Positions 40,401-51,256 of a stretch of DNA of 64,000 nucleotides are shown one piece after another. This DNA comes from Iphione sp. A-MEVVRFRX5. Taxonomy: Eukaryota. The stretch is taken from assembly GCA_976226885.1 (NCBI GenBank), contig OZ320315.1, forward strand, positions 56,234,001 through 56,298,000. Reading direction: 5' to 3'. Under the pieces are notes generated by a model. It ran no database searches. It was given only the letters and a program-made list of their open reading frames with translations, and was not told the DNA's origin. Made by a program: the position numbers and the translations under genes. The stretch's first letter is position 1. Each line of letters starts with the position of its first letter.

Positions 40401-43400
40401 ATAGATTTGGTATCGATAGTTGATATTCGTCGCGAAAATATACATTAATTGACAGTGCGAGGTTGGCATTTATCAAAGGAAACAGATCAGAGCTGTAAAA
40501 CAGCCAAAAATGACTGACCATATTGGTTATGTAAAATGCATTTGTAGTTGACATTAGCACTTTAGAAACCATAGTTCAGCATTTATGATGATCTCGCTTT
40601 ACATTTCAACAATACTCTGTTGATAAAATGAAAAACCATGAAAAATAATTTAAATATACATGTCCTGCGAATGAAACTATATTGTCAGCAGCAATCCATA
40701 TCGCAAAATGCCTTTCGTCCCTCTCATCCCTCATCCTTTCTGTTTTGAAGGGGATGGAGGAGTAGGCAGTGTATATGAATGTCACAGATTCTATGATTGA
40801 TAGGGTAGGACGAATGATCGGCAGTACAATTCAGATGCTGTGTGGTGGAGCAGCATTTTCCGATAGCGAAGAGCCCCAATTCCCACGGAGCATGTTCACA
40901 GAAAAATGAAATGGTCCGTTTGGGCCACCTGTTAATCTGGGAACTTCAGTTTATAGTAGCAAAAAAAAACCCTAAGTAGGATGCCAAGTTTTGTGTTATT
41001 ACATGTGATTACCATGTATTTTCTGGTCGTAAACCTATAGCTCTAGAAAAGTATCGTTTTATCTTCACCGATAGTTTTCACAGGAAGGACAGGTAAGTTT
41101 AATATAATACACGTACATACTTTTCTCTTGAAGTAGTCTTTTTTTCAAAATAATTTATATTATTATGTTCATTTATGGCAGGAACAGTACAAAGCCTTCT
41201 TATCATATATGAAACAACTTAAATTCATTAAGAAATATGATTTTTTTTATCCTTCCCTCATCTTCTTATGATGTTCAGAATAAACAACAACTTGTTGGTA
41301 CCTGTTGAAAATAGGTACGTTCAAACGTATTTCCCTCGCTAAGGCAAATATCGTATATTCCTTGAGCAATATTCATAGTTTTTTTCATTTTAACTGAAAT
41401 TCTTACCTTCAAAGCTCTAACTCTTAATAGTAGAATGAAACTCAAAGATCAAGAATAGGGCCATAATATTTGTCTTTTGTCCATAACTTCTTGAAACTAA
41501 GGTGTGTTAAGTCCTCATTCGACATGTTGTCAAGATTTCACCTAATCTATAGTTCCTATCGATTCAACAATAAATTAACTTTATCAACACGGAAATATGC
41601 TAAATACATATACATATATATTCATGTATCCTGACAGTCGTAACATTTCAGAAATTTACCTAAAAAGTGTATCTATGTTATGTGTTAAAAAATCACTAAA
41701 TCTTAATTGATTTGAAGTAATCAAAACTTGAAGATGTATGGTTATGTACTAGTTGCATCTCCCTCAGTTAAAGTAATGAATCATCTGTCCTTTCAAACAG
41801 ATTGGTGCAGGCTTACTCTGCAAATCTAGCCATCCTTGGGGTCAACGCGGGTGTGACCTTTTTATCCTTGATTGCTGCTTGCCTCATCAGTGTCGGCTTC
41901 TCCCGCTGGTGTGACAGTCTGGTTGTCGATGCTCACCTTCACCATGGTTACCAGTTTCAGTCGTGAGTTCAATTTACATAAAAGAATGTACTGTTATCGT
42001 GCATTGTTGTTGTAATATAGTACAAGTCTTCACCTAGGAGCGAAAAAATGTCAGTCTGGTTATTCATACCCTACGGAAAGCTCAAAGGATCGGTTAAAAA
42101 CAAACACAGTCACTTTCTTCTTTGCATGATGCCCAACGTTTGAAATTTCATCTGAGCAGGTAATGTTTCCACGCGATTCAGTGCTGCTATATTTAGACTG
42201 GAGTCATGGCAAATTAGTCAAAGATGTTAAGACAGATTGATAAGTAAAATGGACCTTAATCCGAGATATATTCTCATTTCCAATTTTGAAGGATACACAT
42301 GTATATTTACATAATAAATCAATACATTCATTGTCAGTAGGCGTTAAAAGCAAACAAAACCAGCTATTTGCCTATATTTGAAGCCTAAAGAGGTAATCTT
42401 TTGCTGAATTAGAGTGATGAAAAACAGCGTAGCGCTTATAAAAACAACACATGTCCAGCGCTCAATGGAGAGATGGTTGCAGCGGCCACCAGAACTAAGT
42501 GCCCTGTAATAATTCTCACAGCCCCTTGTGAATAATTCAGCGCGCAGGGTCGAAATGGTATTCTTCACAGCTTCGCTTGAGGGTGCAGGTCTTGTCCATC
42601 TTGCAGGCTACAAGTGTTCCCCAGAGCTATGCCACGCAAAGGTGATTGTCTGACATGGACAGAAAGGGAAATGGCGTGACGCGCGGTGCAAAGGCTTTTT
42701 TTGTATTATATAACCTACTATGGAGACTGTAAAAAACACCGGCTGAGTTGCAACATTTCATCCATCATTGGAACCTAATGGGAACTTTTAGGACTACCAC
42801 TCATTTTAATATGAAGTATAAAACAGTCCTTTTGCTATAAGCATTGAAACGACTGTCAATGAACGAAGTCAGGGATCACCGTTAAGCGTACGGAAGAGCT
42901 AGATCTTTTAATCGCCCGCTTACTTTTGACGTAGAGGAGTCGCGTGATGAGGAGCTGTGAGCGAATGACGGGTTGATGGTTTTGCTCTCCCTTGACAGGT
43001 GCGCTGACGCTCAACAGGCGCTTTGGGACGGAGTCGATGGTTCAACCTTCCACTCATGCTACAGCTTAGCTACAGTACGTATTTTCTTCTCTCAACCATG
43101 CCTTTGCCATCACACTGTCTCGTCCTACTCAAAGAAAACATCTATAGTGTCTTCGTCGCTAGAAAAAGAGAGACTTGGCTTTCCACATTGTTGAGATGTA
43201 ATCTTAGATGGAGGTTGGGGCATATCTTGAATATACATCAATCTACACATCTTATACATATACAGAGCCAATGTCATCTAAAAGAAATCCTAGTGCGGGG
43301 ATTAGAATTCTTTGTAACAAGCACCGAATTCCCTATCATTCTATCCATATTTAACAGTAAGTATGCGCGGGGATGTACATAAAAACATGAATAGGAAGAG

Positions 43401-45619
43401 CGTATGCAGATCATTATGTAGGTCTTGTTATTTATATTTGTGAATATCATGTGACAGACCTATGCATTAGAACTAATGCACAACGTAAACATATTCACTG
43501 CAGTAACGCATTGTTATATCTTCACAAAAGGCTACTGTGATATCAATTTAAACGAAAAGCATTTTCTTATACTGGTAGTAGGAAAACAACTATGTTTCTT
43601 CTGTTCACTACGAACAATTCTAGAACGGAAAATGTGTCAGCCAACTACATACCTTTCGGTAAGGAAACATCTAGAAAGAAAAAATACTACCCTTCCATCT
43701 GGGCCTCAAAGAATAACAGACCGTATCAGAATAATCCAGGGTAATGACTGTAGATACAAGCATCTTGCTAAGATTTTCGAGTTCATATCACTTCGAAAGA
43801 GTAAGAGAGCCCAACTAATCTGATAGGTGGATGTCGTTAGCTTTCGGCATGTGAAACATTCAAGACTCACTATATACTGATATGTCATGTCATGTTTCCT
43901 TCTAAGAACTAAATTAGACTCGTGACAGCTTGTTCAGATGTTAATGTTGCCATACATAGCAAATACAGAGAGGGCGCGGGAGCTCCTACAAGGAAGCCGC
44001 TTTCTCACAGGCTTGTGTGTGTGTGATAAGGCTTAGCTTGGAGAGAGGCAGTGTTAGTTGATAGTAGCTGGGAACAAACCGCCAGTCAAGCCGCCTGTGT
44101 ATAAAGTGCCGTGGTAAAAGGAGTGTTTCCAGCTGCTGGTTCCGCTGCCTCCGTCAGTTTCCCTCTTGGGAAAAATTAATTAGCTGTCCGGACACATTGT
44201 ACCTGAAGATGGAATACTTGGCCAGGCAAAAGCCTGTGGTAGCGATATCTATACCGTTATTGAAGCACTTGCAGCTCGGTGATTGAAATTCAATTAATGA
44301 AGCTGTCTGTAATTGAGTACAACACCCAGTGCAAGAGGAGATAGAATCAATATTTAGAAATCTATCTTGACGTGATCGTGGTACCACAAAGCCTCGAAAA
44401 ATAACTTCAAAAACTATCACAAAGCTATCTATGGACGAATCTTGATACGATTATAAGCTCAATGTGACCATCAGAATAAAGATACAGGAGACAAAGTTCG
44501 AAAGTATTGCTCCACATATTGTTCCATGAGAAATCTTCCTGTAAGGAGAAAATACTGTTTAATCCTAAAAAAAGTTTCCCTCCAAAATACTTCGCAGCAG
44601 AAACATAGAAGGATTTATCCGACTGATTAATCGAGATATGCGCTTTCAAGTTTCCAATCTACCCCTCAGTTTTCCTGTTCGATTGAAGGATAGTATCACT
44701 AAATTGCACTTTATTTTCAGAGTGGGCATATGGCCAAAGGCCAATTAAGGCCATCTTTTAAATAAAAAAACACCTCGATTTCGTAAATGCATTCAGTGCG
44801 TCCTTCAGTCAGCCATTGCTGTGTTCGAAATCCTTTTTAAGTATCAGAATTATGGTTACTTACATTGGGCATTTAGCTTATGACCCTGTGCAGACAGTCT
44901 CAAGACCGTCTCAACTAGTCAGAATTTGCTTGTTATGTGTAGTTATAATCAATATTTAAAGGTTTTAATATACATTACAAAAGTACATGTGTAAGCATTA
45001 TGTGTATTGTAAGTACATATATATTCGAAGTAATCTTTCAAAGGACTGACTGTATTTTTAAGCCTCATAGAAAATTCTCTGGCTTTCATATAGTGTCCCT
45101 CTGTCTCGTAATGCCTCGTTCATGTCTCTGTGATCTAATACACGTGGTCACACATACATATACCTAAACCAATGCATGTACATGTACTTACATATATTAT
45201 ACAAATATAAACAAATACATGAATACATACACATGGGCACACACGTGCACGTACAGACAACCCCCCCCCCGATACACACACACACACTCGCGCCCTCACA
45301 TGCGTGTCATTCCCTTGGCTTTTTACTGAATTCACCAACATTCCTTCAAAGACCTGGACCTGTTCAGGTTCAGTTTATCAGCCGTCTCAAAACCCTGACT
45401 CTGTGACCACCTGTGTGTACTTTTCCTTGCACCTGGCAGGCTGCTTGCTGGCTGGTGCTCTTTTCATGGTTGGTGCAAACGGGCCTCAATGTGCTCACCT
45501 TCATGCGACATCGGCGAGGCGACGACGGTAGCTCCTCTAGTGGGTCGCCTTCACACGTGCCAACCACCCCAGGATCGCCGTCCTCGGCAATGTCAGTCTC
45601 AATGCAGGAGCGGTACTGA
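16290..45619 (+). CDS. TMEM179: TMEM179/TMEM179B-family four-TM protein, ~243 aa. join(16290..16418,38158..38342,[41084..41092],41801..41962,42999..43074,45440..45619)
   Basis: Phase-compatible exons. Motifs QTIIYY..FGFLIAVPLG, GNFRGYCILY, FGPSSNCHY, ACLISVGFSRWCDSL, SCADAQ and AACWLVLFSW match recalled TMEM179/179B sequences. Confidence 0.9.
16454..16544. repeat. (GA)n followed by (GACA)n microsatellite
   Basis: Directly visible, 35 nt into TMEM179 intron 1. Confidence 0.95.
19693..19863. mobile_element. Short degenerate MITE-like element (AATAAGACCA motif family)
   Basis: Direct motifs at ~19736 and ~19790, inverted copy at ~19835-19850, CAGTGTA end. Confidence 0.35.
27237..27376. other. 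Assembly gap (140 N)
   Basis: N run; true size unknown. Confidence 0.99.
27377..27545 (+). repeat. AAAGTGCTGAATTT-unit repeat flanking the assembly gap
   Basis: About five degenerate units immediately after the N run. Confidence 0.6.
38158..38342 (+). CDS. TMEM179: TMEM179 exon 2 (GNFRGYCILYAAVRTQKIEFGPSSNCHYVTY...ARADDFG)
   Basis: caacag/ and /gtaggt, phase 0-2, FxGxCxLY family motif plus TM2. Confidence 0.9.
41084..41092 (+). CDS. TMEM179: Candidate 9-nt microexon of TMEM179 (adds KDR)
   Basis: ttttcacag/GAAGGACAG/gtaagt; frame-preserving with no stop at the phase-2 junction. Confidence 0.5.
41801..41962 (+). CDS. TMEM179: TMEM179 exon 3 (LVQAYSANLAILG...SVGFSRWCDSL...FQS)
   Basis: tttcaaacag/ and /gtgagt, phase 2-2. 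Confidence 0.9.
42999..43074 (+). CDS. TMEM179: TMEM179 exon 4 (CADAQQALWDGVDGSTFHSCYSLAT)
   Basis: ccttgacag/ and /gtacgt, phase 2-0. Confidence 0.88.
45440..45619 (+). CDS. TMEM179: TMEM179 last exon (AACWLVLFSWLVQTGLNVL...QERY*)
   Basis: ttttccttgcacctggcag/ acceptor; WxxxxxW TM4; Ser/Pro-rich tail; TGA. Confidence 0.88.
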   Translation, partial: AACWLVLFSWLVQTGLNVLTFMRHRRGDDGSSSSGSPSHVPTTPGSPSSAMSVSMQERY

Positions 45620-46432
45620 CATATAAGCCAGCGGCGAGACAGGAAAGGAAGATCCAAGGAGGTCTACTGCCTAGTTTCATATTTGCAGAAGGTACCGCGC
45701 ATCGTCTATTCTGTATCACTAGGCCACGCTTAGCCAAGTTTCATATCGGAACTGTAGTTTTGTATAATTATACTGTACGTGGTAAACCCTTCATTTAATT
45801 TAATAACAAGCCATGCATTTCAACCAAAAAACTTAACGCAATGTAAGGCCTGAAATGCCCCGGAAAGATAAAGCATTCCTTAGAAGAGGACAATCTGTCT
45901 GGATCATTTATATCCTGTTTTTTGCCCCTTAAGTGTCTCTTGAACGCCTTCCAAACTAAAAGCGGCGCTACATGTATTTGTGTCACAAATTGTTCAATGA
46001 ATTACGGTTCAACTTCAAATTTGAATTGCCCATTAAAGCTGAACATATAGAAATACATAACGGACATATCTATGTTCCAATTTAATCTATTAATATTTTG
46101 TTTCATAAAATAGAATATAGTCTTAGCCGCAGGCAACATACAAGACATTTATGGAGGAAATTGTTACATCAGTTCCGCTTTATAAAATATTGCACACGAT
46201 ACAGAAGGGCTAATTTCGACGGTGGTAGTAAGCAGAGAAAAGACTACACTTATTGCTAGTACACTGCTTTCCTACAAAAGGAATCACTTTATATATTTGA
46301 CATTACTTCCTCATTGTGCTGCAATCATCCCATTACACGGTTACCTCTGATATTGAAAATCATCCTACTCAGCGTATGGAGACATCTCCACATCTATCGA
46401 CGACGCCCTTTAAAAAGAGTGCACAGAGGGAA

Positions 46433-46674
46433 ATTATCTGCTTGCAAGGTGATCAGTGTCGCCGCAAAGTGAGGAAACAAATTTCCTGGAAACGTATACA
46501 CGTACATGTATACGCTAATGAGATATTAGAATTCTCCTTCTTTCATCATCCCATTATCTGCTTGCAAGGTGATCAGTGTCGCCGCAAAGTGAGGAAACAA
46601 ATTTCCTGGAAACGTATACACGTACATGTATACGCTAATGAGATATTAGAATTCTCCTTCTTTCATCATCCCAT
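46433..46674. repeat. Exact tandem duplication, 2 x 120 bp
   Basis: 46433-46552 repeated at 46553-46672, AT microhomology. Confidence 0.95.
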
Positions 46675-49399
46675 GAGCATAATTTTATCCATACACTACT
46701 TTTGGCCATTAGGATCGGTGTGGAAATTATGTAAATCATATGGCCATTTCCGTGATTAATCGTTTAATAGTAATGTTCACACCACACATATCATACCTTA
46801 CTGTATTGATGTATGTTCATTCAACATGGCCTGGAACGATAGACAAAACGGTCTTGTTCACTCTTCTGTTCCACAGTAGATGAATGTACACATGTGTACA
46901 TGTGTCGCTGGGCTTAATTTGTAATCATACCCAGTTAATTAGCCTGTTTGGCTGAACGGTGGTAATACTGTACCGCCCTCGTTCATAATTAATCACGAGG
47001 ACTGTGCACTCTGAACAAAACCTGATTAGAGCGCGGAAGCGTGAGGAAAGACAAGACTTGGGCGTCAGAGTCGTGCGAGAATGCTATGTGTGCGGGTTCA
47101 TGGATGCGGTCTATATAATGCTTGCACAAGATGGTGCTTGGTCGATTGTTCATGTATATCCCCCTAGTGGATCTGGTGTGTACTATTACTGCCGCTGGAA
47201 TCCAACAGCCGCTTCACCCTACAGATGAGGAGAGGTCGGGTCTCTAGTTCGTGGTGGTGACATACGCCATGGTTCAGTTTTACGTGTTAATGGAGTCGTT
47301 AAGTTGGTTTAGTGTACGTAGAGAATGTAGAAATATTAAGGGCCCTGACCTGCTAGTCAAAAAAGACGTAATTTAACAATCCGCACTGATGAGGCTTATA
47401 ACGAAACCGACCTTTGCTAATATGGATTGGATCGTTGTGAAAGGTGCCCTCTTTAAGATGGCTATCCACTCACATTCCTTGAAACTTCACTACCCTCTCT
47501 GAAATGCATACTAATATCATTTTATATGTTTGATGCCTGAGAAATGAAGTACTAATTTTTAAAAGATATATACATTGTAAACACATGTGAAAGGGTGCTA
47601 CAAATTTGCTGCATTACCTATCTATGCGACTCCGGTACATAGTGATAAAGTTGATAAAAAAATGTTATATCAAAACTATTTTGGCAGGATTCATGCACCT
47701 TTCTGTATCACCAGTTTGTTTATGAGTGCATAAAGACAAACTTTGTTTATTTCCCACCAACAAATTCTGATTAGATTATTACGTGCAATAGAGTGTTAGA
47801 AGTCGGCTAACCATAGCGTGTAACATGATCACTGATCCAGCCTGCTGACTTCCCCGAACCAAGGAGGGAGGGGTCCGGGTGTTTTCTGTATAATAAACCA
47901 TTTTGGATACACTATAAATTGTCTAGTTATCATTGAACCAGCCTGTTTGCAAAACGTCGTGCATATCTTAGACAAAACATTAAAAAATGTCCTGCTAGGG
48001 TCATATGTTGATATCAAGGATAAATGATTCAACTGCAATTGCCGATTAGCTGAGTGTTAAAAGTCACATGTGACAATAAGATCATTCTGAGTCATACGTT
48101 TTGTAATGTTTTATTAGGTTCACGAAAAAAAATCCACGTAAAAATATGTAAATAATGAACCTTCTGCTAGGTAATGCTTGTACATGGACAATCGTGGCAC
48201 CATTGAAATCAACATTTAAAGTACATTTAGTTCACAACATATCAAGACGAAAGCATTATAAGAAACAACTAATTCGAGGATTTCCATTAAATGGATCTTT
48301 CCCAAGGCCTAGTAAAAAAATCTGTGTTTCCGGTAACCCGACCGACCATACATTTTGGCCAGTTGTACCTTAGTATTCTTTTGTTTTGTGAATGTCTCCT
48401 GAATGAATAATGATAGAGACATATGCAAATACAAGAACATGTAGTTTATTCACATCTCGAAATTACATTTGGTAAATGTAATTAAGATTATTATACAATA
48501 CACCATTTTCTTCCTTAGGACATGAGATTTCATATGACATCAGTTTCATTAAAAGCTACGCAGTAAAAGTGGTATCACATTAAAAAAAAAAAACAAACCC
48601 AACCTACCTACCGGCCCTACATATTTTAACATGTTACCGGAAACCCATATCTCTTTCAGGCCTAAGTAGATAACAGATTTAAAGAACGTTTCAAAATACG
48701 CAGATATATGAAACATGACAGGCAGACATCAATCATGTGTAAACTAATCAAAATAGGTGAAAATATTACACAGGGCGAAAGGATATAATGTAATTTGGTC
48801 GTGTGAGAGTCTGTGTTGTAGCGACACAACCATTAAGAGGCAGTTTCAGTGATCAACAAGAACAACACAAATCCGTACACACTCTAAGTGGAGATACGAG
48901 TACATGGCCGTAAATTATGACGTTATAACATGAACATTTTAAATAGTCAGTTTTTGTAAAGATGGTTTACTCTGTAGATGTATATGGTCTATTTCAAAAT
49001 AGCTCATAAATAAAAGCCTACCCTCACAAGGGCATATACTTCCTGTGACTGCATATTAGCAGTCTCAATATAAATGGCCTGTGCAAATTACACATCGCCT
49101 CCATGAGGCCCACTTCCCAGCGACTTTATCACTGGGTAAAATTCTGTTTCTTACTTTGATCATTCCTGGACGTACCGTTAGCAACACATTCCTCTGCTTA
49201 TCGATTGATGGCCTTTGCATCCCTGACCTTGACCCTCACCCCCATCTCCCTCTAAATCCTGCGTTCCTGTTTATCATATCGATTTAAGTGTCTATTCCTC
49301 AGCCACCCCTAGCTATCCCGGTCCACTGTTGTGCCTATTTGCCAAGTTTCTTTTATTCCTAACGTACCCATGTGACTTTAGTTACGTCTTTGTTGGGGT

Positions 49400-50320
49400 T
49401 TTACGCCTTCTGTATTTACAATGGCAGCAACACGTTCAAAGCTTTGTCAATATGTAACCATTTGATTCGTCTCGTGATTCAGAAATCTGACACGGTGTAT
49501 GGCCCTCTTTTCAAGCATCCGGTTTCAAAGACTGCCACATTAATCTAATCTAGACCCCCATCCTACCCTCCACCAACTAGTACTTTGCTCGGTCACTGAG
49601 ACTAAATCTAGTTTGAAATAGTGCTCAACCTAAAAACGAGCGCACTCGGGCCCTTTGCTCACGTCTTTACTTGAATCGTAGTGCAATCCAGCCGTATGAG
49701 CCTTTCCATATCGCCGGTTAACTGTACCCATCTTTCTTGTAACCTCTGTTGCTATGCTACCACTTAGAAAAACTCATACCACTCCGAGAATAGTCGACGA
49801 TAAAACTCAATTCAGTAACTTGTCAGTATGGAAATTATAAAGAAATTATCTATATTCCTACCTCTTCCCGTTCGAATCCTTATTATGCGAACCACGTTAA
49901 ATGGTAATGTTCAAAATATTTCGCAAATGTGAGGTTTCTACTTTATCGGGAACCTGAACACAACGCGAGGCCGCAGCTGAGACTCCACAAAGAACCAAAA
50001 AGCCCAGAGAATCTTTTTAAGAGCCGCTTCAAAGCTCTACTCCAGTTACTTCCGTTCTTACAGACGTGCTCTTTATGTTTCTTCATTCGTTCTTTCTAGA
50101 TAACCAAAGCCGCGTCTGACAACTGAACTGTTATAAACACTGGAGAGGTGTATTTGAAGGACACATTATCCTGTTATACAGTGCTTTAACCAGAGACCAC
50201 ATATGCTGCTTCAAAAGGGAAGCTAGGACGAAACACTTGAGAATTGTTGTTCTTCGAACTAGTGCGTTTTCATTACAGCTGCATTCCAATAATAATTAGA
50301 ATTAAATAAATTAAATAATG
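49400..50320 (+). mobile_element. Possible highly decayed L2/CR1-type LINE 3' fragment
   Basis: Remnant KAL..NHL, SALGPLL (one indel) and VDDKTQ motifs, plus an AAT-rich tail; spacing imperfect. Confidence 0.3.
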
Positions 50321-51150
50321 GTATTATTGTTCCTACCCAGATCTCATCCTGAAACGTTCGGATGATGAGGGACTTATGGCGCAGGTATTATGTCACTACG
50401 TGACGTGCATCATTAGTCCTGGCGGCAGTTTCAAAGTCACAGCCAAGTTCCGGTTTAATATCGTTAAAATATTGCCTCGCACATTTTAAGACGTATCTAC
50501 ATGTATTCAGGTTACGTTATGGCATTTACAGAAGTGTAAAAGTAATTTCAAGAGTTACTACAGCTAAAAAAAATCGAAGGTTTAACATCTTTACAAATAC
50601 ATCCAACTTTAAATACTGCCTCTGGACCAATGCTTCCGTCTGTATAAAGTACGATTAAATTATATAAAAGCAGCAAATATTTCAGCAAAACATTCCTTTT
50701 AAGAATCAGTAATCGCTGAAAACATTCCATGTTGGTTTAAGAAGCGATCATGATCGTTAAGGCAATTTTTCATTCCTTAAGTCGTCCATTTTCACGAGGC
50801 GAAAAAGCACCCATTAGAGCCGATGTCGAGTATGCTGAGGTGAGAGTGCAGTGCTTAATGGAGATTCGAAATATTCTGTGGCAAAGGCGAAACACACCAA
50901 ACACGTCTACATTTGTAACTGTTTACCACTATGGACAACAAAGTAATCAGGAAAAAGGTATAAAAACTGTGACCAAGGTGAAACGAATTTCGGCTACCGA
51001 CCTCTAGGGCGAGCCTCAATACAAACTTCCAGTTCGCAAGACTGTTTTCACAAGCCACATTCTGCTGAAGAAAATCAGACGTTACAACCTTCGCACTCCA
51101 TCAAGCAGCTCTGGTGTTGTAGTCGCAGACACACATTCAGAGACGTGCTA

Positions 51151-51256
51151 CTAGAAGTCCCAGGAATCAAGCCACTTGAGGCCATAGAGTTGGGCGCCTT
51201 TTGTGTTGGCGAGCGGGCCTGACGCGCCGTAAGCTAGAGGGCTGAACAAGTAGAAG
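51151..51256 (-). CDS. POMT2: POMT2 last exon ([35 protein letters not shown])
   Basis: ctccacag/ acceptor; conserved C-terminus; TAG. Confidence 0.95.

Noticed and set aside
44190-44420. Death-domain-like remnant
   Set aside because: Multiple stops; similarity is impressionistic only.
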